Position numbers and translations under genes: made by a program
IMG/VR virus record: IMGVR_UViG_2713896798_000008
Strand: one strand, 5' to 3'
DNA length: 64,000 nucleotides
DNA from: a virus
Lineage: Duplodnaviria > Heunggongvirae > Uroviricota > Caudoviricetes
Notes under the pieces: model-generated
What the model was told of the DNA's origin: nothing
The model's input: only the letters and a program-made list of their open reading frames with translations
Databases searched by the model: none
Shown here: piece by piece, positions 1 through 10,752 of the stretch
Layout: each line of letters begins with the position of its first letter
Numbering within the stretch: position 1 is the first letter of the stretch

Positions 1-345
1 CTCAAAGCGCCGTCCGGTCAGGTGCGGCACACAGCGGAATTTGTGAATGTCACCCTGGCAGACCAGCCACCAGGGCAGTGCGCTTTTTATCTGCAGTCGC
101 CGGTCTGCCTCGCTCAGCCAGGGCAGACCACCGGGATGACTGTGGACCAGTGCCACAATCTCCCCCTGCATCTCTGCCCGCAGCCAGTCTTCCGGGGCAA
201 TACGAAAATACGCCTCCGGCTCTGCAGAGATATTCACGCAGGGCTGGTACCGTTCGCCCTCCGGGGTGCTTATCACGAAGCCGCACGACTCCGCTGGCGC
301 ACACCGCCGGGCATGCGCCAGAATCGCTGATTCAGTCTGTGTCAT
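1..345 (-). CDS. K: Minor tail protein K (N-terminal 115 codons; 3' end lies beyond window start)
   Basis: Reverse-strand translation from ATG at 345 reads MTQTESAILAHARRCAPAESCGF..., matching lambda gpK N-terminus; sits directly downstream of L as in lambda. Confidence 0.8.
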   Translation of the reverse strand, partial: MTQTESAILAHARRCAPAESCGFVISTPEGERYQPCVNISAEPEAYFRIAPEDWLRAEMQGEIVALVHSHPGGLPWLSEADRRLQIKSALPWWLVCQGDIHKFRCVPHLTGRRFE

Positions 346-355
346 AAAACAGGAT

Positions 356-1057
356 TTACTGCGAAAGTTTATTGATGGAAAGGAAACCGCCAAAATTAAC
401 CGCCATGCCGCGCATCTCACACCCGCGCATGCACTTGCTGCATCTGTCCTTACGGATATCGGTGGTGGGATTGTCGAACTCATCTGCCACTGCCGGACCG
501 TTATATCCGCATTCATCTCCCCTGTAATCCCACATACAGGTATTCGCCAGCATAATGCGATCGGGAAACAGCGCCCCGTCCGTCTCCGTCGGTGTGGCCA
601 GCACAAACGAGGCCGTCATGGCCGTCAGCTCTGACATCTGCTCCACCACCCACCGGTCCGTCAGCTCCTGCTCCGGGTCTGCCTCAGGATTGCCTGCCAC
701 AAAGTTCACCGCATCCAGAAAACGCGCATACACCCGACGGCGGACCACCGTGGCCCCCACCAGACTCTGCAGGTCCTCCGCCATACCGGTGACAAGACCG
801 AACAGATTGGACACCGTCAGCGACGGTCTGGCACTGCTGCCCTTCCCGTTCATCTCAAAACCGCTGCCGTCAATCGGGTATGCCTGATATTGCCGCCCCT
901 GCCAGGTGACCGCCTCCCCTTTTTCATTCAGCTCGTTGCAGAAAAAATACCGCTCACCGCCCTGCACCGTCAGGTCAATTTCCCAGAGCACCACCCGCGG
1001 TGACTGTTCTGATTTCACCGACTCGTTCAGACTTTCTTCATGAATATCCTGCATCAC
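356..1057 (-). CDS. L: Minor tail protein L
   Basis: 233-aa ORF, MMQDIHEESLNE...GGFLSINKLSQ, lambda gpL-like throughout; position between M and K. Confidence 0.9.
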   Translation of the reverse strand: MMQDIHEESLNESVKSEQSPRVVLWEIDLTVQGGERYFFCNELNEKGEAVTWQGRQYQAYPIDGSGFEMNGKGSSARPSLTVSNLFGLVTGMAEDLQSLVGATVVRRRVYARFLDAVNFVAGNPEADPEQELTDRWVVEQMSELTAMTASFVLATPTETDGALFPDRIMLANTCMWDYRGDECGYNGPAVADEFDNPTTDIRKDRCSKCMRGCEMRGMAVNFGGFLSINKLSQ

Positions 1058-1063
1058 ACCTCC

Positions 1064-1393
1064 TCAGCTCACCACCTGTTTAAACTCGGCACTGAATTCA
1101 ACCCGCAGCATGCGAACCCGTGATGACCAGGCGGCACAGGTCACCTTTATCTGCCGGTATGCATAAGGCGGTGTCCACAGAAACGCCTTCCAGCCACCGT
1201 GCTCTGCCAGAAACGCCTCCAGATGCCGGGCCTCCTCCCGGGTCACGGAAAGCGTCACACGGTATGTTTTCAGGTCAGCATTCAGCCCTGCCGCCATACG
1301 CTGCGAATAGCCGTCACCAAAACGCACTTCACGCACCGATGGCTGCGAGTTCACCTCCATATCCGGCTTCACTTTCCAGCGAAAGGTTTTCAT
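1064..1393 (-). CDS. M: Minor tail protein M
   Basis: 109-aa ORF with lambda gpM-like sequence and length; synteny H-M-L-K. Confidence 0.9.
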   Translation of the reverse strand: MKTFRWKVKPDMEVNSQPSVREVRFGDGYSQRMAAGLNADLKTYRVTLSVTREEARHLEAFLAEHGGWKAFLWTPPYAYRQIKVTCAAWSSRVRMLRVEFSAEFKQVVS

Positions 1394-3945
1394 CGCCTGC
1401 CTCCGGAAAATACGCCGCCATCACGCATCTGCGCCTGAATCTCATCCTGCGCCCCCTTGCGGGCCATGTCATACACCGCTTTCATCAGCTGCGGCCCTGC
1501 CTGCCCCCTGGTACCGTCGTTCTGAATCACCACGTGATTGTTCTGATTAAAATTAATGCCTTCCGTCCGCCGCATCTGCACCGGACTTCCGGCATCGCCG
1601 ACATAACCACCTTCCGCATAGCCCCGCATCAGGCGGTACAGGTTGCCGACACCAATCCGGCTGGTTGCCTCCTTCGTGAAGACAAACTCCCCGCGATGAA
1701 CAATCCCCGCAGGTTCATATTTACCTCCACTCCCGGTAAAACCCCCACCGGCAAATCCCATAGCTCCGGCCACGCTACTGACAACACCCACCATGGCCTG
1801 CTTCAGAAAAATCTCTGTCAGCATGGAGAGCACCGAACGGGTGAAACCTCGCCAGTCCTGCTCACTGCCGGTCAGCATTGCCGCCATATTCTGTGCAATA
1901 CCGTCAAAGGTCTGCGTGGCTGCACTCCTGACCTGCGAAAAACTGTCCGTCGCACTTTCCGCCCACTCGCCCCAGCCGGACTTCAGCCCGGCCATCCAGC
2001 TTCCACGAAGCTGCTCCTCCGCAGACCAGGTGTTCTTCAGTGCAGATGTGGCCTTCGCCAGCGCATCCGGATTATCACCATACACGTCACGAAGACGCTG
2101 CGATTCCGACTCCCGCTGTGCCTGACGGTCCGTCAGCCCCCGGGCTTTTGCGCTGATTGCAGCCTGCTTCGCACTCTGCTGCTGTTCAAACCGCGCAGCC
2201 TGATTTGCCAGCTCATTCAGCCGTTTCTGGTGCTCCACCTTGTCGCCCAGCTCAGCCAGCTGGCGTTTGTACTCAAGCGTCTCTTTCTCATGGGCCAGCA
2301 GGGATTTTTCCTGCTCAGATAACTGGCGTTTCGTGGCGGCCTCTTTCAGGACCGCATACTGATTTTCCGCTTTCCATAAATCACGGCGCTGCTGGCTGAT
2401 TTTCTCATTCGCACCGCTGTGCTTCTCCAGCGTCCTGAGCTCGGTTTCAAGCGCCAGCAGGGCTGCATGTGCCCGGTCTTCCTGGCGCTCACCGGCAGAC
2501 ACCTTCACACCGGACGGCTTTTTCTGCGTCGACTCATAATCCTTTTTTGCCGACGCCATCAGCGTGTTGTAATCCGCCTGCAGGATTTTCCCGTCTTTCA
2601 GGGCCTGATTCAGCTCCTTCTGGCGGGCGGTATATTTATCCAGCGGCGACAGCATCCGTTCATACGCCTTCTGTGCCTCTCCGGTATACTTCAGCTGTGA
2701 CGCGTCACGCTCAGCCTTATCCCTTGCCGCCAGTTCACCGGCTTTTTCCATATCCGACTGCAGCGTTGCCGCTGCCAGACTCAGACGGGCATTTTCACGG
2801 TCATCCCATGCCCCCTGAAGGTTGGCACGGAAAGAGGAGGTCTTTCCCCGGCGCTGGCTCCGGCTCTGGTACCACTGCCATTTTTTATCCGCCTCATCGA
2901 ATGCCTTCTGCGCACTGGCAAGCATATCCGCTGAGGATTCCGGACGACCAATATCCAGAATGGCATCCCACATCGATTTGAACGCCTTCCCTGTTTTATC
3001 CGCCCAGGTTTCCAGCGTCCCCATGTTTTCTTTCAGGCGACGGGTCTGCTCATCAAAGCCTTTCGTGGCGATATCGTTCGCCGCCTGCAATGCCCCGGCT
3101 TCATCTCCGGAACGCTGCAACTGAGCAACATACGCAATCTGCTCCGCCGTCACGTTACGGAACTGGCGTGCCATCGCCATCAGTCCCGACGTCGGGTCTG
3201 TGGTCAGCTTCCCGAAGGCTTCAGCGACCTTGTCCACCTCCACACCGGATGCAGAAGCAAAACGCGCGACACTCTGGTTGATGGCATCAAACTGTTCACC
3301 ACCACGCACACCGGCATTCACCAGGGCGGCCAGTGACTCACTCGCCTGGTTAAACGTCAGCCCTGCAGCCTGTCCGGCTCTGGAGAGCGTCAGCATGCGA
3401 TCGGCAGTCAGTCCGGACTGATTGCCGGAAAGGACCAGCGTTTTATTAAATTCTGAAAGCGTGGCGTCTCCCCGGTACCAGGCATACGCCAGCGCACCTG
3501 TCGCCACCGCCAGCGAGGTGACCCCGAACATCGGCAGGCTGATCGCTCCGGCAAGCCCCCTGAACATGGGGATCATCCCGCCGAAGGAGTCCTTCACCTG
3601 ACCGCCCTGTTGCAGCAGGATCAGCCAGGGATTCTGACCACCGGCAAGCTGCGTGGCCACGTCGGTGAACTGCATGGGTAGCATACGCATGGCCGCTTTA
3701 TACTGCCCGACGGAAATCCCGGCTTTTTGCGCAGCCAGCGCCTGACGGCTCAGGCCCTGTTCAACGGCAGTGGCCTGTTTATTAAAAGACTGGCTGACAC
3801 GCCCGGCCATCAAATCCGCAAGGTCACTGGTTTCCCCCAGTTCTTTCTTTACCCGTGCAGCCTCTTCAGAAAAACGGGTTGAATCCAGTGTAAGAACAGC
3901 TGTCAGATCGGCAAAATTACCCGCCATAGCGTACACCTCCTGCAA
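1390..3945 (-). CDS. H: Tail tape measure protein H
   Basis: 851-aa ORF, Ala/Gln-rich coiled-coil centre, lambda gpH-like length and position. Confidence 0.9.
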   Translation of the reverse strand: MQEVYAMAGNFADLTAVLTLDSTRFSEEAARVKKELGETSDLADLMAGRVSQSFNKQATAVEQGLSRQALAAQKAGISVGQYKAAMRMLPMQFTDVATQLAGGQNPWLILLQQGGQVKDSFGGMIPMFRGLAGAISLPMFGVTSLAVATGALAYAWYRGDATLSEFNKTLVLSGNQSGLTADRMLTLSRAGQAAGLTFNQASESLAALVNAGVRGGEQFDAINQSVARFASASGVEVDKVAEAFGKLTTDPTSGLMAMARQFRNVTAEQIAYVAQLQRSGDEAGALQAANDIATKGFDEQTRRLKENMGTLETWADKTGKAFKSMWDAILDIGRPESSADMLASAQKAFDEADKKWQWYQSRSQRRGKTSSFRANLQGAWDDRENARLSLAAATLQSDMEKAGELAARDKAERDASQLKYTGEAQKAYERMLSPLDKYTARQKELNQALKDGKILQADYNTLMASAKKDYESTQKKPSGVKVSAGERQEDRAHAALLALETELRTLEKHSGANEKISQQRRDLWKAENQYAVLKEAATKRQLSEQEKSLLAHEKETLEYKRQLAELGDKVEHQKRLNELANQAARFEQQQSAKQAAISAKARGLTDRQAQRESESQRLRDVYGDNPDALAKATSALKNTWSAEEQLRGSWMAGLKSGWGEWAESATDSFSQVRSAATQTFDGIAQNMAAMLTGSEQDWRGFTRSVLSMLTEIFLKQAMVGVVSSVAGAMGFAGGGFTGSGGKYEPAGIVHRGEFVFTKEATSRIGVGNLYRLMRGYAEGGYVGDAGSPVQMRRTEGINFNQNNHVVIQNDGTRGQAGPQLMKAVYDMARKGAQDEIQAQMRDGGVFSGGRR

Positions 3946-4321
3946 TTCCCTCAGACACCATCATCAGCATGGCTTCATCCTCTGTACTGATCCGCATGTC
4001 ATCACTGACCGTAACGATTTCCTTCCCGTCAGCCCCAAAGCGGACACCACCAGAAAGACCTGCCGCTTTCCGCATCAGCATATCGTCCTCATCCGGCATC
4101 TCCGTCTGCTCATCATCACGTCGTGGTGCAAGCAGACTGAAGTCCGAGGGATGCATATCCGGATCGCAAAAAAACAGGCTGAGTACGGCGTACGTCAGCC
4201 CGGAAAAATGCATATCCAGTTGGGTATCGTGAAAATAATGCGTGCGGTAAAAATGTCGCCAGTCGGCATATTCGGTGGATGTCATCCCGGCAAGCATGGC
4301 GCGCCAGTCAGGCCTCCCCAT
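3917..4321 (-). CDS. T: Tail assembly protein T (C-terminal part of G-T frameshift fusion)
   Basis: ORF in -1 frame relative to G, directly downstream of the slippery heptamer; lambda G-T arrangement. Confidence 0.7.
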   Translation of the reverse strand: MGRPDWRAMLAGMTSTEYADWRHFYRTHYFHDTQLDMHFSGLTYAVLSLFFCDPDMHPSDFSLLAPRRDDEQTEMPDEDDMLMRKAAGLSGGVRFGADGKEIVTVSDDMRISTEDEAMLMMVSEGIAGGVRYGG

Positions 4322-4347
4322 CTCACGCGCCAGTCTGAGGGCAAAAT

Positions 4348-4779
4348 TCAGCTCGCCGTCGAAGGCTTTCCCGCAGAAAAATCATCATCAGTCAGCGCGT
4401 TATTTTTCTCCACTTCGGTGATATCCGTATCCACATAAACAGGCCCGCTCATCCCGGACAGACGCAACACCACGTCTTCCGCCCGGGCAATGGCATCAGC
4501 AGGCCAGGTGGTCAGGACTTCCTGCTCAATCTGCATCACGGCCTCATTCATTGACGGTGACTGCGTTTTCTGTGGATGGTTATGCCACAGGGACATCGCC
4601 ACCAGAAACGCGCCGGTTCTGACGAGATCTTCCACGCTTACCTGCAGGTTGCCGCTGGATTCTGCCTGTTCTGCCCGCCGTTTCAGGAGGGCAAGATGCT
4701 CAATACGCTGCAGCGCGGACAGCTCAGAAAGCGTGACGGACACACCGTTATATTCAAATTGTTCTGTTTTCAGAAACAT
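4348..4779 (-). CDS. G: Tail assembly chaperone G
   Basis: 143-aa ORF MFLKTEQFEYNGVSVTLSELSALQRIEHLALLKR..., lambda gpG-like. Confidence 0.85.
   Translation of the reverse strand: MFLKTEQFEYNGVSVTLSELSALQRIEHLALLKRRAEQAESSGNLQVSVEDLVRTGAFLVAMSLWHNHPQKTQSPSMNEAVMQIEQEVLTTWPADAIARAEDVVLRLSGMSGPVYVDTDITEVEKNNALTDDDFSAGKPSTAS
4366..4372 (-). promoter_or_regulatory. Programmed -1 ribosomal frameshift slippery site (GGGAAAG) for G-T fusion
   Basis: Plus strand reads CTTTCCC, i.e. GGGAAAG on the coding strand, a few codons before the G stop, same as lambda. Confidence 0.7.
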
Positions 4780-4798
4780 GCTTTATCATTCCCTCAGC

Positions 4799-5548
4799 TT
4801 AACCCGCTGCACCATCCGTGACGTTAATTTCCGCCACTGCCGCAAACTGACCATTTCCGGTCACCACAGGGATCTGCGCTTTACCGGCCGCAACACCTTT
4901 CACCGTGATCGTATTCCCCTTCACGGTAATGGTCGCAAAATTCTGATTCGCCGACGTGGCGCGGAAGGTTTTATCTGTCGCCCCTTCCGGCTGAACAGCC
5001 ACGGTCAGGGTGATATTCTGACCTTTTGCCACATTGCCCGTTGGTGGCGTAACGGTAATACCGGTAACCGGTGTGATATCCCCCTGATCTTCCGCCAGCG
5101 ACGGACGGCCGATATTGGTGATCTTCACGGTACGGGTGATCACCTCTCTGGCGGTCACCGCTTTACCAATGGCACTCACCCAGCCACGGAACACATCCAC
5201 CGTGCCGTTCGGGAAACGGATTTTGTAGGCCCGGGTCTCACTGCTGTCAAACCAGGCGATCAAATCACGCTGTCCTTGCTCACCCGGTTTCCAGGCCAGC
5301 GTAAAACTGGTGTCACCGGCAGATTTCTGCCCCTGCCCGGTGGATACCCAGTCAGCATCCTCATCATCCAGATAGTTATCATCGTAGGATTCTGCCGTCA
5401 TCTCGCCAGGGGTCAGATCTTTTATCTTTGCCAGGCGCGTCCACTCATCGTCTGACAACGGGTTTGCATAAGCATCACCAGTGCCGGTGTACACCCATAG
5501 TGTGGTGCCGGAACCTTTCACCGGCTCAAGAGGATTTGGTATTGCCAT
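4799..5548 (-). CDS. V: Major tail protein V with C-terminal Ig-like domain
   Basis: 249-aa ORF, lambda gpV-like N-terminal domain, C-terminal repeat [16 protein letters not shown] typical of Big_2-like extension. Confidence 0.9.
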   Translation of the reverse strand: MAIPNPLEPVKGSGTTLWVYTGTGDAYANPLSDDEWTRLAKIKDLTPGEMTAESYDDNYLDDEDADWVSTGQGQKSAGDTSFTLAWKPGEQGQRDLIAWFDSSETRAYKIRFPNGTVDVFRGWVSAIGKAVTAREVITRTVKITNIGRPSLAEDQGDITPVTGITVTPPTGNVAKGQNITLTVAVQPEGATDKTFRATSANQNFATITVKGNTITVKGVAAGKAQIPVVTGNGQFAAVAEINVTDGAAG

Positions 5549-5555
5549 ATCGTCC

Positions 5556-5954
5556 TCACATCTCGTAGGTAATTTTCCACAGGAGATCTGCCGATCCCCA
5601 CATCATAAACTCATCATCCCGGCGGTAGTCATACCCCTGAAGATTCATCTTCAGCAGTAACACACTGAGGCCGGGAACCGCTTCCAGCGCAGGAAGAATT
5701 TTCTCTTCCATCCACATATCCAGTGCCGAGTCCGGTTCTTTTGCCCTGAGAAAAACTTCAATATGTAGTGTCGCCTCCCAGGTCCCCTCATCAACGAACT
5801 CGTCAGCCGCAGACGCATCTGTCAGGTAAACAGCAACAGCAGGCAGTTCCTGTTCATCAATAAAAACCGGGCGGCCGTCAAACCAGTTCACCCGCTCAGA
5901 AATATTTGCTTTCAGGGCTGACAGAACTGCCGCCCGTATTTCACGGTGTTTCAT
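5556..5954 (-). CDS. U: Tail terminator protein U
   Basis: 132-aa [14 protein letters not shown]...GYDYRRDD...ITYEM, lambda gpU-like. Confidence 0.85.
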   Translation of the reverse strand: MKHREIRAAVLSALKANISERVNWFDGRPVFIDEQELPAVAVYLTDASAADEFVDEGTWEATLHIEVFLRAKEPDSALDMWMEEKILPALEAVPGLSVLLLKMNLQGYDYRRDDEFMMWGSADLLWKITYEM

Positions 5955-5966
5955 ACACCCTCCCTG

Positions 5967-6590
5967 TCATTTTCTTTTCAGCACCAGGCGTAACTGATGC
6001 GTCATGGCTTTCATCATCTGCTCCGGTAATTTTTCCCGGTACATCCTGTCACGCTCACGCTCAAAGGTTTCTGCCAGCGGTTTTGCCGTCGCTATTTTCA
6101 CCACTTCAATTGGCAGGCGGTGACGTTTTGGCCTCCCTTTGCTGTCAATACCGGTAGACAATGAAGCCTGTGGCATACGCTGCATCACATGCCACCGGCC
6201 ATTTGCCAGTCGGGTGATAAACGCATCAGGGATGCGCCGTTTACCCACAATCAGCACACTGCCACCGCCTTTCAGAAATGCGCGCTCACCTTTCTTTCTC
6301 CGCTTGCTTCGGGAAAGCCGCACGCGGGCCTCCCCGAGTTTTATTGCAGGCAGATTACCGGTATTGATGTAAACCTTTGCGTTGACCTTGTCAGCCCGTG
6401 CCCGACTTAAACGGATACGGGCACGGATGAGACGGCGTGGAACCGCCAGTTCACGGGCAACAGAAGAAGCCGTTTTCGCGATGATGGACTCCGCCACACG
6501 GTTAAGCGTGGTGGCTGCCGCACGGGGAACGGCACGGCGATCCAGCGCATCAAGATTTCGCATAGCCTGAGCCATTCCCTTTATCGCCAT
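5967..6590 (-). CDS. Z: Tail completion protein Z family
   Basis: 207-aa basic protein with RRKKG...KGGGSV...GRWHVMQR motifs, position between head-tail connector and U. Confidence 0.75.
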   Translation of the reverse strand: MAIKGMAQAMRNLDALDRRAVPRAAATTLNRVAESIIAKTASSVARELAVPRRLIRARIRLSRARADKVNAKVYINTGNLPAIKLGEARVRLSRSKRRKKGERAFLKGGGSVLIVGKRRIPDAFITRLANGRWHVMQRMPQASLSTGIDSKGRPKRHRLPIEVVKIATAKPLAETFERERDRMYREKLPEQMMKAMTHQLRLVLKRK

Positions 6591-6592
6591 AC

Positions 6593-6874
6593 TTACTCCT
6601 GCTCGAGAAAAATTCTGGTTTTGCCGTTATGAGTGTCATAACGGGTCACCACCAGTAAGCGACCGTCAAACACAACTTCATCATGGCGTGCCGGAACGTA
6701 CTGCTGTGAAAAAACAACCAGAGATAGCAGGCTGCCGGAAAGCGCCCCCATATCGGCAGGCGCTTCATCCGGTATCACGTCATACTTGATCCCGTTAATT
6801 TCCGCCTGTTTGCCCATCACGTGAACAGTCACAGAATCCATCCGACGGCACATACGGCCAAACAGATCAGACAT
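6593..6874 (-). CDS. Head-tail connector protein (FII-like)
   Basis: 93-aa ORF between head and tail modules; family call from position and size only. Confidence 0.5.
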   Translation of the reverse strand: MSDLFGRMCRRMDSVTVHVMGKQAEINGIKYDVIPDEAPADMGALSGSLLSLVVFSQQYVPARHDEVVFDGRLLVVTRYDTHNGKTRIFLEQE

Positions 6875-7193
6875 TGATTTTTACCGCCACAGTGGTGCTG
6901 TTTACAGGGGCATTTTCCCAGGCTACCCCCGCTGCCACCGCACCGTCTGCAGCCAGCTGCACAACCCCGTCCTTCAGATAAACCACCGCGCCGGACTGAA
7001 TATCGTCAGCAGACTGTTTGGGCAGCAGGAACACGCCTTCGGCAAAACCGTCACCGACATCACCGGCAGGAATATCGGTAATGGCCACTGCAACCATACT
7101 GCCCACCACCACCGCAGCACCGCTCAGGATGGTCTGATCTCCGGCATTCACCAGTTCAATGGTGGTACCGTCCTGTACAAAATTTTTAGCCAT
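6867..7193 (-). CDS. Gly/Ala-rich small head protein (DUF2190-like)
   Basis: 108-aa Gly/Ala/Val-rich ORF directly downstream of the capsid gene. Confidence 0.5.
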   Translation of the reverse strand: MAKNFVQDGTTIELVNAGDQTILSGAAVVVGSMVAVAITDIPAGDVGDGFAEGVFLLPKQSADDIQSGAVVYLKDGVVQLAADGAVAAGVAWENAPVNSTTVAVKINV

Positions 7194-7280
7194 AATGCTG
7201 TTTCTCCGGACAGCCCCTGTGGGGCTGTTTTTCAGGCATAAAAAAAGCCCTTTCGGGCAGTGATTGTGATAACGCGGTTA

Positions 7281-9260
7281 TCAGGCCACCGACGAACGCA
7301 CCAGTCCACGCCAGTCTAGCGGTGCCACACCGGCATCAATGCGGATTTTTGTGGCAATGCCGTCAGTGGTGAAACCTTCCTGCTGATCAATGTATGGCGT
7401 GTCCACCCCATCCAGCCAGGCCACTTCAATGGTGTCGGTGCCCTGTGCCGCCGCCAGATACCAGGTTTTCGGATCTGCCGCATCAAGACGCGCTTCTGCA
7501 ATCACCTCAGCAAAGTTCTGGATGGGGTTAATGACACCGGCGTTTGCATCAGCCCCTTTCACACTGGCCGATTTGATGGTCTGGTTCGCCACCGTCTCCA
7601 GTGCCACAGGGACCAGCATGAAGGCCGGGCGGATATTCAGGGCACGATCGCCTTCTTTCTGCAGGCGCATCATCTGACGGGCCGCATCCAGTCCGGAAAC
7701 GGAGATCCCCCCGGTGGCAATATTTTTGTGATCGGCATGGAACAGCGCCTTACCGTCTGACAGTTTCGGGTTATCCGTCAGCACCTTGTAAACCAGGTCA
7801 CCAATCGTTGCCTTCGCCGCACGCCCCATCTTCATCGGCACGTCAACCAGCATATTCAGATCATCATTGATAATGGCCTGGCGGGTGATGGAGAAAATCT
7901 CCCCGTAGGTGGCCAGTGCAATGGTCTCCTTGCGATCTGAGGTGGTGATGTATTTATACTCCGCTCCCTCACGCACCTGACGCAGCGAACCAAAACCGCC
8001 CATGCCCACGCGATATGCAGTTTTGAAGTCTGACAGGCGTCCCTTACGGGTCCACTTCTGGAAGGTTTCTTCTGATTCCTCCCAGCCCTGGATCAGCCCC
8101 TTGTTCGACACATCCAGCAGGATATTGCCAAAATCAGAGGTGCTGTGCGTCAGCGCCAGCCCGACCATCTGCATGGGGTTATAACTGGCCATCCCAATAC
8201 CGCGCTCCGTCAGTGACATGCGAGCCCATTCACGCAGGGTCATCCCGTTATAGACGTTATCCTTCTCGATATTTTCAAATCCGGCACGGGCCAGCATCGC
8301 CTGGCGGATCCCGTCTCCCACAAAATTGCCGTTTCCGGCATAAATATGGGCCGGTGTGTTTTTGTTGGTCGGCGAGGACTCCTTGCCCATTTCATTCAGA
8401 AGGCGCTCGCGGGCCATTTCCAGCGAACAGTCAGGATCGGCCACACACTGCGCCTGAAGCGCCTGATAGCGCCCGCCAAACATGGCAAACAGATCGTTAA
8501 TGCCTGACATGCGGGCTTTCTGCTCAGCCATAACGCGGGCGCGAATGGTCGCCTCATCAGACACTGCCGGTACCGGTGATGGTTCTGTTACCGCCGGTGC
8601 AGGGATTGTCACTGTGGTATCACGCGGGGCACTGTTGCGTGGCGGAGTAATCATGTTTCGGATGGATTCCGGCATCTTTTTAAATTCCTCTGTACGTTTT
8701 GACTGAATACATGCCATTGCCTTAACAGCGGGTGTCACCTGGTCAGCAAATCCGTGTGCCAGACATTCAGCACCGGACATCCAGGTTTCATCCGCCAGCA
8801 TGGCGGCAATTTCATCGGTGGTTTTTCCGGTTTTCTGCGCATAGGCTGGCAACAGTACCGATTCGACTTTATCCAGCAAATCGGCATAACTGCGCATATC
8901 CTCAGCATCCCCGCCACTGAATCCCCATGGCTTATGGATCATCATGAAGGCATTTTCCGGCATAATGACCGTATCACCGGCCATCGCAATCACGGATGCC
9001 ATCGAGGCGGCAACGCCATCCACATACACGGTAATGGTCGCCCCCTGATTTTTCAGGGCATTAAAAATGGCGATGCCTTCAAAGACATCGCCACCCGGTG
9101 AATTGATATGGAGATTAATGTGGGTGATATCACCAAGTGCATTCAGTTCGCTGACAAACTGCTTCGCGGTAACGCCCCAGAAACCAATCTCATCATAAAT
9201 ATAAATATCTGCGTCACCCGGCCCCCCAGCCTGCATCCTGAACCAGGATTTATTCTTCAT
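7281..9260 (-). CDS. Prohead protease (ClpP/S49-like) fused to HK97-fold major capsid protein
   Basis: Start at ATG 9260 (MKNKSWFRMQAGG...) just after the portal stop; N-terminal serine-protease motifs (GVAASMAS, MIHKP), C-terminal capsid-like region; longer track ORF overlaps portal. Confidence 0.8.
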   Translation of the reverse strand: MKNKSWFRMQAGGPGDADIYIYDEIGFWGVTAKQFVSELNALGDITHINLHINSPGGDVFEGIAIFNALKNQGATITVYVDGVAASMASVIAMAGDTVIMPENAFMMIHKPWGFSGGDAEDMRSYADLLDKVESVLLPAYAQKTGKTTDEIAAMLADETWMSGAECLAHGFADQVTPAVKAMACIQSKRTEEFKKMPESIRNMITPPRNSAPRDTTVTIPAPAVTEPSPVPAVSDEATIRARVMAEQKARMSGINDLFAMFGGRYQALQAQCVADPDCSLEMARERLLNEMGKESSPTNKNTPAHIYAGNGNFVGDGIRQAMLARAGFENIEKDNVYNGMTLREWARMSLTERGIGMASYNPMQMVGLALTHSTSDFGNILLDVSNKGLIQGWEESEETFQKWTRKGRLSDFKTAYRVGMGGFGSLRQVREGAEYKYITTSDRKETIALATYGEIFSITRQAIINDDLNMLVDVPMKMGRAAKATIGDLVYKVLTDNPKLSDGKALFHADHKNIATGGISVSGLDAARQMMRLQKEGDRALNIRPAFMLVPVALETVANQTIKSASVKGADANAGVINPIQNFAEVIAEARLDAADPKTWYLAAAQGTDTIEVAWLDGVDTPYIDQQEGFTTDGIATKIRIDAGVAPLDWRGLVRSSVA

Positions 9261-10752
9261 GCTGGCTTTCGGTGTCGCGCTGATGCTGTCGTTCAGTTCC
9301 GGCACTGTTTCCTCCTTTATCGTTGACGGGGTCAGTATCAAAGACCAGCCCCAGTCTGCTGTTTTCATCAATTTCAGCCTTGCGGCGACGTTTGACCTCA
9401 TCCGGATTGCGCCCTCCGGCCCGAACCCAGTCGGATTCTGTCGCTGCACCACCCCGGATCTGAATTCTCCAGGCTTCAGCTTCCTTAACCGGATCGATCC
9501 ACGGCATCACCGGACCGGAATACGTCGCGTTATATAGCGTTTTCATCTCCACATCTGCCGGAATTTTCAGCAGACCTGCCGCAACCACCATATTCAGCCA
9601 TGTCCGGTACACAGGGCGGGTTACCGCGCCAATAAAACAGTCCTGCAGGATCAGATACCCGTCGGTGGACTCGACCAGCTCCTGCCGCTGGGCACTGTAG
9701 GTACCGTTATAGTTACGCGCCGCACTGGAAAAACTCAGACGACTGCCTGCAGCTACTGCACGCAGCTGACCGTTACGAAAGGTTTCAAGATTGGGGTTAG
9801 GACGGTCAGATTTGACCATGCCGATATCCTCGCCCTTGCGCAAATCGTCATAAATAATACCCGGGGTGATATGGACTTCCCGCTCGGTCTCTTTGATCCC
9901 AGGATCTTCATAGTCCTGCCCGTCCCCTTTACGGATATACAGTCCCAGCGCCGCAGCAATACGCGCTGCCGTCAGTTCCGCATCCTCATACTCCTTAAGG
10001 GCACTGATCCGCATCAGCACCCCCGATAACATGGATGAGCCTCGCGTCTGATGCAGACGACGAGTGAACTTCAGGTGGATCATTTTTCCGGCAACGATTT
10101 CTTTCGTATCACTCTGCCGGCCGCTGACCGGATAATTTTTATAAACCAGATATTTTTTCGGTCTTCCCCACTCATCAAGAAAAACCCCCTGATTCAGCCC
10201 GGCGGATTCATCACTGCGCATGGGAACAAAATCCGGCTCCATCGCTTCAAGCCAGAATGGCACTCCCGCCGTCCGTTCCAGACCATTTCCCGCCCCACTG
10301 ACCATCTGCGCAAACACTTCACCATCCCGCAGCCAGGTCCGCAGCAGTAAACGCTCAAGCACGGGACGGGTATACTGCCCTGTCACATCCGGACTGACCG
10401 ACCATTCAGCCCACAACCGGCGGATATCCGCAGCCAGCTCTGCCGCCATTTCCCCGTTTTTTCGTAATGGCTGAGGCTCCACAATAATTCCCCTGGCACC
10501 AATCACCCGCTCTTCAAGCTTGTCAAACACACCAATCACCAGGTCATGATTGATATCCAGAAAACGGGCCTGCTCCCGCAGGGAAACCGCACCGTATTTA
10601 CTGAGCTGATCAGCAGAGCGATTTTCCCGCCGGGCTTTATGTGTCCGGGTCGTTTTCACCGCCTCATAGGCCATGATTAATGCCCTTGAACGCAGTCTGG
10701 CTGCTTTCCATCCGGGGGAAAACACGCCTATCACATCATCGATAATTGCCAT
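9250..10752 (-). CDS. Portal protein
   Basis: 500-aa ORF between terminase and protease/capsid, acidic C-terminal tail. Confidence 0.85.
   Translation of the reverse strand: MAIIDDVIGVFSPGWKAARLRSRALIMAYEAVKTTRTHKARRENRSADQLSKYGAVSLREQARFLDINHDLVIGVFDKLEERVIGARGIIVEPQPLRKNGEMAAELAADIRRLWAEWSVSPDVTGQYTRPVLERLLLRTWLRDGEVFAQMVSGAGNGLERTAGVPFWLEAMEPDFVPMRSDESAGLNQGVFLDEWGRPKKYLVYKNYPVSGRQSDTKEIVAGKMIHLKFTRRLHQTRGSSMLSGVLMRISALKEYEDAELTAARIAAALGLYIRKGDGQDYEDPGIKETEREVHITPGIIYDDLRKGEDIGMVKSDRPNPNLETFRNGQLRAVAAGSRLSFSSAARNYNGTYSAQRQELVESTDGYLILQDCFIGAVTRPVYRTWLNMVVAAGLLKIPADVEMKTLYNATYSGPVMPWIDPVKEAEAWRIQIRGGAATESDWVRAGGRNPDEVKRRRKAEIDENSRLGLVFDTDPVNDKGGNSAGTERQHQRDTESQHEE

Noticed and set aside
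1120-2322. 400-aa plus-strand ORF
   Set aside because: Lies antisense to the tape measure gene H in GC-rich sequence; no start context; typical spurious antisense ORF
4490-5455. 321-aa plus-strand ORF
   Set aside because: Antisense to major tail protein V and G; spurious
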